Source: an uncultured Verrucomicrobiota bacterium (GTDB lineage Bacteria; Verrucomicrobiota; Verrucomicrobiia; Limisphaerales; UBA9464). From it: a DNA stretch of 64,000 nt. This document shows positions 1 through 10,027 of this stretch, one piece after another; the first letter of the stretch is position 1, and every line of letters begins with the position of its first letter. The translations under genes were made by a program, and so were the position numbers. Under the pieces are notes generated by a model that was not told the DNA's origin, did no database searches, and saw only the letters and a program-made list of their open reading frames with translations. The stretch is from positions 204,604-268,603 of the forward strand of contig CAJAHH010000010.1 of assembly GCA_903939515.1 (NCBI GenBank). The letters run 5' to 3'.

Positions 1-2
1 TG

Positions 3-194
3 CCCGGAGCCTTGGTTTTGGCGTCGGCGTATGGTGTCAGCCTCTGGGGCTTTCAAGACTCTCTGCTGCGCGGATCTCCAGCCGAGGGTCTGCAGCGAGT
101 AGTTCAACGACTCGTCCTCTTCAATGCTGCCCTGCTGGTGTGGGCAGTGCTGGTCAGCCTCCAAAGCCGGTTTCGCCGTCGCGGGACGAACTGA
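3..194 (+). CDS. possible 3' end of a membrane protein, truncated by the window start
   Basis: The frame is open from the window edge to TGA at 192-194. It ends in a hydrophobic helix LVLFNAALLVWAVLVSL followed by a basic tail SRFRRRG. It overlaps the maf 3' end by 41 nt, so it may equally be an antisense shadow ORF. Confidence 0.2.
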   Translation, partial: PGALVLASAYGVSLWGFQDSLLRGSPAEGLQRVVQRLVLFNAALLVWAVLVSLQSRFRRRGTN

Positions 195-768
195 GCAAAA
201 TCCCCCAGTCTCCGAGAGCCTGGCGCAGTGCCTCTACCGGCAACCCGATGACATTGCTTTCCGAGCCGGACACGGATTGCACCAACCAGTCTCCGTGCTG
301 TTGCAGAGCGTAACCGCCGGCCTTGTCGAGCGTGTGCACGGCCGCCAGATAGCGATGAATGACCTCTTCATCGAGGGATCGGAATTGCACACGCGTCACT
401 TCCGAAAACACCTCACACCGACCGGAGTCGCCGTGCATCAGGCACACACCGGTGACCACTTCGTGGGCTTGACCCGAGAGACTCCGCAGCATGGCTTGGG
501 CTTGGGCCAAATCGACCGGCTTTCCCAGCGGCTGCCCGTCGAGCCACACGAGCGTGTCGGCACCCAGTACCAAGTGCCCTGGATATCGTTGGGAAATGGG
601 CGTCGCCTTGATTCGCGCATTGAGTTCGCACAACGCACGAACCCCAACGGCTGCATCGTGCACCTCGGTCGCATCACTGGGGATGACCTGAAACTCGGGA
701 ATCAACGTCCGGAGCAATTCCACCCGCCGGGGTGAGGCCGAAGCGAGGATGATCGGAAGGGGCAACAT
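154..768 (-). CDS. maf: Maf-like nucleoside triphosphate pyrophosphatase (septum formation inhibitor family)
   Basis: ILASASPRR near the N-terminus, GADTLV, and GGYALQ...SNVIGLP near the C-terminus are typical Maf/YhdE motifs. The ATG at 766-768 was verified in the sequence. The longer track ORF (to 1257) overlaps the upstream gene in another frame. Confidence 0.9.
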   Translation of the reverse strand: MLPLPIILASASPRRVELLRTLIPEFQVIPSDATEVHDAAVGVRALCELNARIKATPISQRYPGHLVLGADTLVWLDGQPLGKPVDLAQAQAMLRSLSGQAHEVVTGVCLMHGDSGRCEVFSEVTRVQFRSLDEEVIHRYLAAVHTLDKAGGYALQQHGDWLVQSVSGSESNVIGLPVEALRQALGDWGILLSSSRDGETGFGG

Positions 769-773
769 GGTGT

Positions 774-1172
774 TCAGAAGGAAACAAGCGCCGGGGTGGT
801 GGATCGAAGCACAGAACTCAGGTTGAAGGCCGCGCAGTATTCCTTGCGAATCGCCTCGATGGCCTGCTCCGCCTCGTGCGTGGGTGGGTGAAGTATCACC
901 ACCACCTTGGTCGACAACCGTCGGATATCCCCCTGCGGCGCCCGCCATTGCCCATAAGCCTCGACCACAGTGAAGCCCGCCGGAAACCGTGAAGTGATGT
1001 GCTCGGCCAAGAAGGCCTCCCATTCGGAAGCGTCCACGGCGGCGAGGTGAAGTTCCGTCCGCAACCACTGCGGCGGAATAGTATTCGGAGCCCCGGGCCT
1101 CGGCGTCTTCGCGGCCGCCGAAGAAGCGGACGTACACCCCGAGAGAACCAGGAGCAGCAGCGCCACGAGCAT
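774..1172 (-). CDS. small secreted lipoprotein of unknown function (DUF3574-like from memory, unverified)
   Basis: Signal peptide MLVALLLLVLSGC with a lipobox (LSGC). The ATG at 1170-1172 was verified. An alternative TTG start at 1238 would give a very long leader. It sits between mutM and maf on the same strand. Confidence 0.6.
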   Translation of the reverse strand: MLVALLLLVLSGCTSASSAAAKTPRPGAPNTIPPQWLRTELHLAAVDASEWEAFLAEHITSRFPAGFTVVEAYGQWRAPQGDIRRLSTKVVVILHPPTHEAEQAIEAIRKEYCAAFNLSSVLRSTTPALVSF

Positions 1173-1257
1173 CCAACTCCATCGATTCGGATTCCGTTTC
1201 ACAGGGACTATTGAGCACCGCCCCCCCCTCGCTGACAACCCCCCTCACTTCATCCAC

Positions 1258-2094
1258 TCACTTCACGGCCAACTGACACTGGGGACACTGAAAAGTGGAA
1301 CGCCCCGACTGCATGAAACGAATAATTGGCGCTCCGCAGCGAAAACACGGCTGCCCCTCACGGTCATACACCCAAAGCCCACCCTCGGACGGATCCTCCG
1401 ACACCCCCTGCTGTTGGTAGAGCATGGAACGGTCTGATCGAAGGGCCTGAAGATTCCGTTCCACGGCGGACTCCAGGAGCGTTCGCAGCACAGCATGCAA
1501 TCGCCCGATGGCTTCAAACCCGAGTTGATGAACTGGCGTCGTTGGATCGATGCCGGCCAAGAACAGCGCTTCGCTGGCATAGAGATTACCGACCCCGGCC
1601 AACCGGGAAGGATCCATCAGGCAAACCTTGATGGGCCTCCGCCCGTGGGCCAATGCCTTGCCGAGCAACTCGGGCGTGAAGCAGGGATCCAACGGCTCAG
1701 GGCCTAACTCCGGCACCGCCGCGTTCCCCAACCGGAGATGCCCAAACTGTCGAGGGTCCTCCAGCACCACGCGCTGCTCGCCAATGCCCAAGACCACCGC
1801 GGCATGTCGAGGCAGCGGCCCATGGCCCGGCAACATCCGCCAGGAGCCGGTCATGCCCAAATGGGTGACCAACAACTCCGCCTCTCCGCTGGGACGTACG
1901 CAGTCCCAGAGGAGGCACTTCCCCCGGCGGCGAATCTCTTGGATACGCACCCCCTCTACCGCCTGCTGAAACGCGAAGACCGACACGGGACGCACCAACC
2001 GAGGCTTGAGCACCTCAACCGTGTCGATGCACTGACCACGAACCTGCGGCAGCAACCACCGTCCAAAGGCCTCCACTTCGGGCAACTCCGGCAT
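1258..2094 (-). CDS. mutM: formamidopyrimidine-DNA glycosylase (Fpg/MutM)
   Basis: The protein begins MPELPEVE (catalytic Pro2/Glu3). It has a C-terminal zinc finger CFRCGAPI...FQCPQCQ. The ATG at 2092-2094 was verified. Confidence 0.93.
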   Translation of the reverse strand: MPELPEVEAFGRWLLPQVRGQCIDTVEVLKPRLVRPVSVFAFQQAVEGVRIQEIRRRGKCLLWDCVRPSGEAELLVTHLGMTGSWRMLPGHGPLPRHAAVVLGIGEQRVVLEDPRQFGHLRLGNAAVPELGPEPLDPCFTPELLGKALAHGRRPIKVCLMDPSRLAGVGNLYASEALFLAGIDPTTPVHQLGFEAIGRLHAVLRTLLESAVERNLQALRSDRSMLYQQQGVSEDPSEGGLWVYDREGQPCFRCGAPIIRFMQSGRSTFQCPQCQLAVK

Positions 2095-2195
2095 GGCCAA
2101 ACTGTAGACCACCCAGAAGGCGGAACCAACGGTGAAGCTCGACCGCCTGCAAACTCGACTGGTTCCGGGAGGCTCCAGTCCGTAGGCTTGGGCTC

Positions 2196-2918
2196 GTGGT
2201 TCCGCAGATCGTCATCGTCGTTCCCGTCTTCAATGAGGTCGCCAACATCGTTCCGTTGGTGACCGAGATTACCGAAGTGTTTCGTGCTGAAACACGGGCC
2301 TGGCAATTGGTGCTCGTGGATGACGCTTCGACCGACGGCACCTGGGAAGCCATTTGCACCCAGGAAGCGCGCGATCACCGCATCACCGGACTGCGGCACC
2401 TCAAGAATTCCGGGCAAAGTGCGGCCATCTGGACTGGCATCTCCCGAACGGAGGCCCCGTTTTTGTGCACCCTCGACGGCGACCTTCAGAACGACCCATC
2501 GGAGCTCCCGCGAATGCTGCAACTGCTCGACAGGGCCGATTTCGTGTGCGGACACCGGGTAGATCGTCAGGACTCCTTCGTGCGCAAGGCCTCGTCACGA
2601 GTGGCCCGGAGTTTCCGCTCCTGGAGTTTGGGATGGGACTTCGCGGACACCGGTTGCGCCTTGCGGGCGTTCAAACGCAGCAGCTTGACCGGCATTTTTC
2701 CCTTCAACGGGCTGCACCGCTTCCTCCCGATCCTCGTGGCTGGGAATGGGAGCCAAGTTCTGGAGGTGCCCGTGAAACACCGCCCCCGTACGGCCGGAGT
2801 TTCTAAATACGGGGTCTGGAACCGCCTCGGGCGGGGACTGTTTGATCTGGTGGGCATGGCTTGGTACCAACGCCGCCGTTTGCCCAATATCGACACCGAA
2901 CCCACTCGACTCACCTAG
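2196..2918 (+). CDS. family 2 glycosyltransferase, polyprenyl-phosphate sugar transferase type
   Basis: VVPVFNE...LVLVDDASTDGT...LDGDLQNDP (GT-A fold with DXD), about 240 aa as in DPM1/ArnC-like enzymes. GTG start. Confidence 0.85.
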   Translation: MVPQIVIVVPVFNEVANIVPLVTEITEVFRAETRAWQLVLVDDASTDGTWEAICTQEARDHRITGLRHLKNSGQSAAIWTGISRTEAPFLCTLDGDLQNDPSELPRMLQLLDRADFVCGHRVDRQDSFVRKASSRVARSFRSWSLGWDFADTGCALRAFKRSSLTGIFPFNGLHRFLPILVAGNGSQVLEVPVKHRPRTAGVSKYGVWNRLGRGLFDLVGMAWYQRRRLPNIDTEPTRLT

Positions 2919-2957
2919 AGCCGACCGCGCGAGGCCCTCCCCTGCCGCGGCTCCAGC

Positions 2958-4655
2958 TCAACGCCCTGCTACCGATAACTCGAGAATCCGGCCTGAAGGG
3001 CCATAGGAATCGCTGCTGTTGGTGGCCCGAGAATATTCGGCGATGTAGAGCTTTCCGGGCGCGCCTAAATGGATATCGATGGGGCGGCCGAGTCCCGAAA
3101 GCACGGTGTGGAAATGCCCCTCATAGCGCCCCTCGGCATTCCGACGCAAGGTGGCCCGGAGCACATCAAATCCCGAGTTATCCTTGGGTGATCGAATAAA
3201 ATTTCCGAATCGGGTCAGCAAGAACGTGCCCCGATACCCTTCGGGAAACTCCTTGCCCAGAAACACAATACCCCCAGGACCCGAATGCGGATCAAACGTG
3301 AACATCGGATTCCCAGAGAATCCGCCATCAGGTCCGAGATTGGCCACCGGCAGTGTGAAGGCGAGGCCAGCGGGCGGTTCTGGGCTCGTGGGATAGGCCT
3401 TCTTGGTCCAATCGGCAAACCGATACGGGAAACCGTAATGCTTGCCCTCCTCGATGTGGTTGAGCTCCTCCGGGGCGTCCGCATCCGGACCGTTCTCCGT
3501 GGCGAACATCTCACCAGCCTCGTTCCAACAAAAACCATACGCGTTGCGAAGACCGCGGGCGTAGACCTCTAGCACCGGCGGAGTGGAGTCAGACTTGATC
3601 CGCCAGAGGCAACCGGTAATAGGAGTTTCTCCACCACCATACCACTCCGAGTCGGTTCCGGTGAGCCCTCCGTCAGTGCGGCCGCCATTGCCGGCGTACA
3701 AATGCCCATCCGGACCGAAGGCAATATTCTCCACGGCATGAATGTAGGCCGGACTCCCCGGGTAATTGGTCTGGAACCACGGCTTCAACTCCGAGGGATG
3801 TCCATTGGTCACGGAGGAACTCCGATAAATAGTGACGATATTCTGGTAAGGCCGGGTCGCCTTGTTCTGTTGATTGGAGGCGATATAGAGCCGCTTCTGC
3901 CGGTCAAGGGTCATTCCGAGCACGAAGAGCGGCCCGCCAATGTCCTCCGGGCGACGTTCCAAATAGCGATTGGCAGGAAGGATTTGCTTCAAGGCCGCGT
4001 TCGAGGGATCCAACCGCCACACATCGCCCTGCTCGGTCAGGACATACAAACCATGGCCACGACCGTCGCTCGTTAGGCGCACCGGGCGGAACGGCAACCG
4101 TGCCACCTCGCGCAAACGGAAGCCCTCCGGAGCTTTGGGCAAGGGCGGATAGCGATTGGCCAACTGAAGTGCTTCAAAGGTCGGATAAGCCGTCGTCGCC
4201 CGCACCTTCTTGACCTGCTCGGAAGTCACCTCGGGGCCTGCGTTGCCCCAATTGCGCAAAACATAATTGAGGACGCTCGCCACCTCTTCGTCTTGCAAGA
4301 CGGCGGGCGGCATGACGCCGGCGTACCGACGCGCATTGACCGTGATCTCGCCATTCAACCCCTCGCAGACGATCCGGATGGCTCGATCGATGTCGGCCAA
4401 GAGGTAGTCGGAACCAGCCAGTGGCGGAAAGATTCCCGGGATCCCCTGCCCCCGCATCTGGTGACAGGCAAAGCAGTTCTTGAGGTAGAGATCACGTCCA
4501 CGGGCACCCTCGGTTTCTGAAGTAGCGGGGACCGACGAGTTGGTTCCTTGAGCCAACAGAAATGGCACCCCTAGGGCCCATCCAAAAACGGCTACAAACC
4601 CGAGCACCCGAAACCATCGAGACGCCCACAAATCGTTCAAACCGAAGTTCTTCAT
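2958..4655 (-). CDS. PQQ-dependent (soluble glucose/sorbosone-type) sugar dehydrogenase with N-terminal cytochrome c domain
   Basis: N-terminal hydrophobic signal, then the haem-binding motif CFACHQ with GIFPPLAGSDYL. This is followed by a beta-propeller region with GLRNAYGFCWN and FATENGPD. The start ATG overlaps the upstream stop as ATGA at 4652-4655. Confidence 0.85.
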   Translation of the reverse strand: MKNFGLNDLWASRWFRVLGFVAVFGWALGVPFLLAQGTNSSVPATSETEGARGRDLYLKNCFACHQMRGQGIPGIFPPLAGSDYLLADIDRAIRIVCEGLNGEITVNARRYAGVMPPAVLQDEEVASVLNYVLRNWGNAGPEVTSEQVKKVRATTAYPTFEALQLANRYPPLPKAPEGFRLREVARLPFRPVRLTSDGRGHGLYVLTEQGDVWRLDPSNAALKQILPANRYLERRPEDIGGPLFVLGMTLDRQKRLYIASNQQNKATRPYQNIVTIYRSSSVTNGHPSELKPWFQTNYPGSPAYIHAVENIAFGPDGHLYAGNGGRTDGGLTGTDSEWYGGGETPITGCLWRIKSDSTPPVLEVYARGLRNAYGFCWNEAGEMFATENGPDADAPEELNHIEEGKHYGFPYRFADWTKKAYPTSPEPPAGLAFTLPVANLGPDGGFSGNPMFTFDPHSGPGGIVFLGKEFPEGYRGTFLLTRFGNFIRSPKDNSGFDVLRATLRRNAEGRYEGHFHTVLSGLGRPIDIHLGAPGKLYIAEYSRATNSSDSYGPSGRILELSVAGR

Positions 4656-6862
4656 TCAATTACCCACCAGTTCATGCCCTGAGCTGCCACAGTCACGCTC
4701 ACCTCCACCCGACCGTCACGACCCACCGACAAACGCTGCCCCTTACCACCGCGTTCCCGCAACCGCGCGGTCTGGGTCAATCCAGTATAATAGAGATTAG
4801 GTTTCAACACCTTGCGGACCGGTTCATTCAATGGATTGAAGACCACTAGCATCCCCTTTTCTTTCAAGGAGGGATTCACGTGGAGCATCCAGTCCAGATC
4901 CCGAGCGTCGGCCCGTCGGCCGTGGATCAGGTCGCTCTCGAGAATGTCTCGGTGCGCCTTAAACCAGTCCACTTCGCCTTTAACCATGGACCGGGTCACT
5001 TCGCTGTCAAAGAGGCGCGGACCGCGATAACAAGCCTGAACTCCAAGAGCGAGATTGCTCTCCAGCATGCGCCGATAATGGTCCAGATGCTCCGACAAAG
5101 GCTCGATGGTCGCCGCGGCTCCTCCGCCCTGGTACTCGGTCAGCGGCACAAACATCCACCCCATGCTCGGGGTTTTTTCCCAAGTGCCGTCATAAATGTT
5201 CTGACGGGTGTGAATGACCTGCTGTTCCCGTGGTAACGACCAATTCACCTCTCGGTAGCCCATGCCAGTTTTGGTGGAACCAGCCATGAAATAGTGATCG
5301 GGCACGTTCAGGTAGAACCCCTCGCCCCGGCACCAGCGGTAGAAGTCTCGAATCTCCACCCACTGGTTCCAGCGGGAATCCTCCCACCGACGGTGCCCCG
5401 GATGATTCGTGGATGCGCAGGGATCTCCCGGATAAGAGCCATCGTGTTCCAACAACGTGAAACCGCTCTGACGGTGGAACTCGTACAAGCGGCGAAAGTA
5501 GTTGGTGCCCCACTGGCTTTGGAGGCAGGGCGAATTTCCAAACACCGGCTTGAGCCCGGGAGGCAAGACCACGTCATTCCCACCACCGACGCTGCGCGAG
5601 GCCAGCAATGAATAGCTCCCGATTTCCACGCCCCGACTCCGCGCATAGGCCGAGAAAGCTTTGGCTTTCTGTAAGGTTTCCGGGCGTCCGTTCTCCATGT
5701 CGAAGCCGCTGCCAAAGCTGAGAATAAGCATTTCGAAGCCGGTGGCCGCGCACTAATCGATGGCATTGGTGACCGTCGGTCCGTGCGAAGAAACCACGTG
5801 CATCATTAGCGGGTTCTCGGTCACCCAGGGAGCCACCGTGCGCATCATCCGCCGCACGGCCAGACCACATCGCTCGCGGTCCGTGCTGTCCTGCGGCAAG
5901 ATCCAAGCTCGGTAAGTTTCGAAGGTGGCCCCGGGAGCCACCGTTTGATCGGGTCCCAGATCGGGCCCCACATCCAGCAAGCAAGGGGTCTTCTTCTCGT
6001 AATTGACCTGGGAATGAAACTCGGGATCCGTCAGCCACCGGTAGGAACGCCGATTGGCCCCCGCCCCGGTCATTCCACCAAACGACATGTCGGTCTCGAC
6101 ATGGAAGTTGGGAGGCGTCAGCCCCACCGACAGCTCATCCACTTCCGAGACCCGCTCGACGGCCGCAAGCACCTCGCTAGAAAAACGGTTGATCGTCACC
6201 GCCGAGGCTGTTCCGTTGCTCACGGTCAACCACTTCGAGTAGCAGGGGATGCCATCGTACAATTCGTAGTGCACTGAAATCCGGAGCCCGCGGAGTGACG
6301 GTTCGGAGACCAACGACGACGGCGCCTCGAAATCGAGCCTCAGAGTCACTCCCCGCGGCGGCCATTGGACCCCCGGCGCATGATGCCGCACCTGCTTCCA
6401 CGCCATGCGTTCCTGAGGGACTCCAATCTCATGGCCCACAAAGCGAAACGCCTCGGGCCGCGCTTTGAGTTGCCCTTCCCATTCGGGCCTGAGGAAGGCG
6501 TAGTTGGGTTGCCCTTGAAGACCCCCGACCTCGAATCGTTTGCCGTTGAGCTCCACCACGGCTTCCGGCTTTACCCCGCGGATCAGGGACTCGCCGCTAA
6601 TGCGATTCTCCAACGAAACCGTAGCCGCGTTAGGCTCGATGCGAATAACACGCCGCAGCAGACCGTTGTCGAGAACGAGCTCGGGGCGATCCGGAGCAAC
6701 CTGAACCCGCGCCCGATACGGCGATGGATCGATCAACCAATCGGGATTTGCAGCACCGGCTAAAACCACCGTGTGGACCAGCAATCCGAGGGCCGTACAA
6801 AATAAAGAGTTCCTGAACATGGGAAAAATGAAACAGACCGCGATCGGCACCGGGGCATTCAT
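4652..6862 (-). pseudogene. secreted protein of unknown function encoded as two in-frame halves separated by a TAG at 5753-5755
   Basis: Track ORFs 5753..7357 and 4652..5731 share one frame (verified by codon stepping). The N-terminal half has the signal peptide MFRNSLFCTALGLLVHTVVLAGA, with an ATG at 6862 or 6820. The ATG at 6860-6862 overlaps the upstream TGA as ATGA. No family was recognised. Confidence 0.6.
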
Positions 6863-9800
6863 GGTTTTGAGGGAAGCGAAACTGAAACCGGCGCACGGGA
6901 AACAAACTCCAACACATCGGCCACCGCCTCCGGGGACAACCCGGTAAGGAGACCCTCGGGCATGAGCGACTGCCCCGAGCTTCGCATGGAACGGACGGCT
7001 CGACGCTCCAAAGTGAGCTCCTGACCGCCGCCGAGGCGCAGCGTCACATGAGTAGGCGTCTCCCGGGCGATCAAGGCCGAATAGGTTTCGCCGTCCAGTG
7101 TTTCCACGGCAAAGGCGATGTATTGAGGAGCCACCTCGGCATGCGGTTGCACCATGCTTGTGAGCAGTTTGGCTTTTCCTGCTGTGCGCACCGTCACCAA
7201 ATCCGGTCCCACGGCATGACCGTCGGAACCGGCACGGTGACAGGCCGCGCAGCGTTCGAGAAAGATCAAGCCTCCTCGGGCCGTTGAACCAGGCAAGGTC
7301 AACGCCGATTGGAGCGCAGCCACGGTATCGGCACTGGAGGGTTCCTTCGGAAGCCATTGCAGCGCGGCCAGCGCGACGGCGGGGCTTGAATGGGTCTGGA
7401 GGCTTCGGACTGTGGCCGCGGGGATCGCTGCGGGGCCAACGTCACCTCGTTCTACCGCCGCCAGCAGCGCCTGGGCGCGTTCGGGGCGATTGGCGAGCAA
7501 CGCCACCACGGCCGCCCGATCCTCAGCCCGATAATCCTTCCATGGCTTGAGAAGCCGTTCGGCCACGCCTGGAGAGTTCAACCGCCCCAAGGACTGGATG
7601 GCCGCCGCACGAACGCGGGGTGAGTCCGTCAGCAGCAACCGGCTCAACGGTTCTACCACCTCGCCAGAACGACCCACCGCGAGCAACTCCACCGCCCGGA
7701 CCCGATCGGCCTCCGCCAGCCCTTCCTCAGCAGAACGGACGATGGCGGATCGAAACAGCTTCTGCAGGCGCTCCTCCGACTCCCGGGAAACCACCGATTT
7801 GCCAGAGCGGGCCGCCGCCTCGAGAAAGGCACGAACCATGCGAGGCGCCGGGGCAGACCACTCGGGGCTGGCCACCCGGTCCAGAAAAAGATCCACCTCA
7901 CCCGGAAGCCCCTGCGCGCCCATCACCGTCGCAATCGCCTCCAAGAGCTCCCCGCTGCGTGGTCGCTGGATGAATCCCGAATCCTGAGCCAGGCTTGTGA
8001 GCACCTCTCCGGCACCCGTGGACAGACCGCTCAAGACCGCTGCCTGCACCCACGGTTGATCCCAGTCCCGAATGACGATCCGGGCCAAAGCTTTGTTCCG
8101 TTCTGGACCCGACCAGGCCCCCAGGGTCAGGGCCACTTGGCAACGAACTCGCACGGAGGGATCATCGACCAAGCTCAAGAGCAGTCCCTGAAGGCTCTTG
8201 GCCGTCGGATCCGTGCCCGTCACCCGAGGCTCCACCCATTTCACAGCATGCTCGCGAACGCGTTCATCCCGGTCGGCCAGGGCGATTGTCAGAGGGCGTG
8301 CCCCCTCCAGCGCCTTCAATCCCTCGAGTGAATACAAAGCATGCAGTCGGGCCAGCGGGACCGCCGATTGCTCGAGCAACCGCTCCAACTCCGGTACCGC
8401 AGAACGGTCCTGACGTTCGTGAATGAGGCGCGATGCTGTCTCGCGAACCCATCCATTCGAGCTTTCGAGAGCCGCTACGCACTGGCTCACCGAGGCTTGG
8501 CTCCACCGCCGCGGAGCCGGTCTTCGGAAACCCTCCGGAACCACCCGCCAAATGCGTCCGCGGTCATTGCCGCTGTTCAGATCCAAGTGCTGCTTAATGG
8601 CCTCGGGGATAGACCACGGGTGCTCGATGACCTCCCGGTACATGTCCACGATGTACAGGCAACCCTCCGGACCATTCTGAAAATGCACCGGACGGAACCA
8701 CGTGTCTCGCGAAGCCAGAAACTCAACACCCTGCTCGTCGGCAGGACGACGCGCCACCCAGCCCACCCCGTCGGCCTTCAACACCTTCCGGTGGACCAGG
8801 TTGCCCCCAGCATCGCCGATGAAAACGTTGTCGATGAAGTCCGGGCCATAGGCATCACCGCGGTACACCGTCGCCCCAGTGGCCCCCGTGAAATAACCCG
8901 AGACCCGCCCACCGCCCTCGACCATGCCTGGGACTACCCCACTAATTCGCCACCGCGTCCGAACAATCCGCCAAGGCTCGTCGGGACTAATCCGGAACAC
9001 CTCAGCCGCGGGTCCGTCGGCAGCGATGCTCACCCGCGGCGACGGCAGAGCGACCCAGGGATTGCGCGAAGCATGCGGCCAGTTCAAGGCCATCCACTGG
9101 AGATGATCACTGTTGCTGCACACGAATCGATTTCCCACCGAATCGAACGAGAGTCCGTACTGACCGCCGCCCGTCTCCGGACGGAGCGTTTCGGTCAGAG
9201 GATCGAGGCTGAAATCCAGACCCCGCAAATCGAGACCGGATCCCTCCGCACCCGACCGGACCACACGATTTCCCCCATTGGGACCGGTGGCCCCGTAAAG
9301 GCGGTGATCCAGCCCCCAATTGAAGGAATTGAGGAGAGCCTGAACATTGAGTCGGGCCACCCCACTGCCGAATCCGCTCACCACGACGCGGCGTTCATCG
9401 GCCCGACCATCGCCCGTCGTGTCTTTGAGCCACAGTATATCCGGAGAGGCCCCAACATACAGCCCGCCCCGAGAACAAATGAGAGCCGTCGGCCAAGGAA
9501 GGTGGTCAGCAAAGACCGTAGAACGGTCGAAGCGACCATCCCCATCGAGATCCTCCAGCATCCGAATTCGCCCGGCATGCGGGGTCTCATCCCGGCGCTC
9601 GGAGTAATCGATCATTTCGGCGACGAACGCGCGGCCATCCTCATCAAAAGCCATCGTCACCGGACTCACCACCTGAGGCTCGCTTGCCGCCAATTCCAGA
9701 CGGAACCCCTTCCGAATCTGGAACGTCTCCAAAGCTCGATCAGGAGATACGGGAGCGAAGCGAGCCAAGTCAGCTGCAGCCACATTCGTCGCCCGATCGG

Positions 9801-9942
9801 TTTTTCCGTAGGCCTCCGAATAGCTCACCCGGGTCTTGGGTGAAGACACCGCCTCAGCACCACGGCAAATCCCAGCGACCGCCATTGCGATCACCATTGC
9901 GAACGAGGTCCTGCTCACGGCGACCCAACCTAGAGAGTTCAC
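6859..9942 (-). CDS. PVC-type haem-binding CxxCH protein (membrane-bound-dehydrogenase-like domain + HEAT repeats + C-terminal cytochrome c)
   Basis: C-terminal CAACHRAGSDGHAVGPDL haem c motif. The central region is a leucine-rich HEAT-like repeat region. The N-terminal beta-propeller-like region has DLDGDGRFD and DTTGDGRADE. The start is uncertain: GTG 9942 gives the signal peptide VNSLGWVAVSRTSFAMVIAMAVAG, and ATG 9897 is the alternative. The track start at 10092 lies inside the tandem repeat and is rejected. Confidence 0.85.
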   Translation of the reverse strand: MNSLGWVAVSRTSFAMVIAMAVAGICRGAEAVSSPKTRVSYSEAYGKTDRATNVAAADLARFAPVSPDRALETFQIRKGFRLELAASEPQVVSPVTMAFDEDGRAFVAEMIDYSERRDETPHAGRIRMLEDLDGDGRFDRSTVFADHLPWPTALICSRGGLYVGASPDILWLKDTTGDGRADERRVVVSGFGSGVARLNVQALLNSFNWGLDHRLYGATGPNGGNRVVRSGAEGSGLDLRGLDFSLDPLTETLRPETGGGQYGLSFDSVGNRFVCSNSDHLQWMALNWPHASRNPWVALPSPRVSIAADGPAAEVFRISPDEPWRIVRTRWRISGVVPGMVEGGGRVSGYFTGATGATVYRGDAYGPDFIDNVFIGDAGGNLVHRKVLKADGVGWVARRPADEQGVEFLASRDTWFRPVHFQNGPEGCLYIVDMYREVIEHPWSIPEAIKQHLDLNSGNDRGRIWRVVPEGFRRPAPRRWSQASVSQCVAALESSNGWVRETASRLIHERQDRSAVPELERLLEQSAVPLARLHALYSLEGLKALEGARPLTIALADRDERVREHAVKWVEPRVTGTDPTAKSLQGLLLSLVDDPSVRVRCQVALTLGAWSGPERNKALARIVIRDWDQPWVQAAVLSGLSTGAGEVLTSLAQDSGFIQRPRSGELLEAIATVMGAQGLPGEVDLFLDRVASPEWSAPAPRMVRAFLEAAARSGKSVVSRESEERLQKLFRSAIVRSAEEGLAEADRVRAVELLAVGRSGEVVEPLSRLLLTDSPRVRAAAIQSLGRLNSPGVAERLLKPWKDYRAEDRAAVVALLANRPERAQALLAAVERGDVGPAAIPAATVRSLQTHSSPAVALAALQWLPKEPSSADTVAALQSALTLPGSTARGGLIFLERCAACHRAGSDGHAVGPDLVTVRTAGKAKLLTSMVQPHAEVAPQYIAFAVETLDGETYSALIARETPTHVTLRLGGGQELTLERRAVRSMRSSGQSLMPEGLLTGLSPEAVADVLEFVSRAPVSVSLPSKP

Positions 9943-10027
9943 ACGCACGAGAATGAACCCAGGCTGACAGCAAACCCAGCCCTCAATTGGTTTCGATGCC
10001 AGCAGCTCTGTAAAATAACAAAAGAAT

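Noticed and set aside
124-735. 203-aa plus-strand ORF over maf
   Set aside because: It is antisense to maf, whose motifs are clear, and no motif of its own was seen.
769-1257. 163-codon N-terminal extension of the maf ORF (track ORF 154..1257)
   Set aside because: The extension overlaps the lipoprotein gene (774..1172) in another frame and has a Gly/Arg/Ala-rich non-protein-like composition. Maf family proteins start at the ILASASPRR region.
8341-9843. 500-aa plus-strand ORF, with many shorter ones, across the haem-binding CxxCH gene
   Set aside because: It is antisense to a gene with clear family motifs. The translation is low-complexity and Arg/Pro/Ser-rich, as expected for shadow ORFs in high-GC DNA. 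It has no signal peptide or motif.
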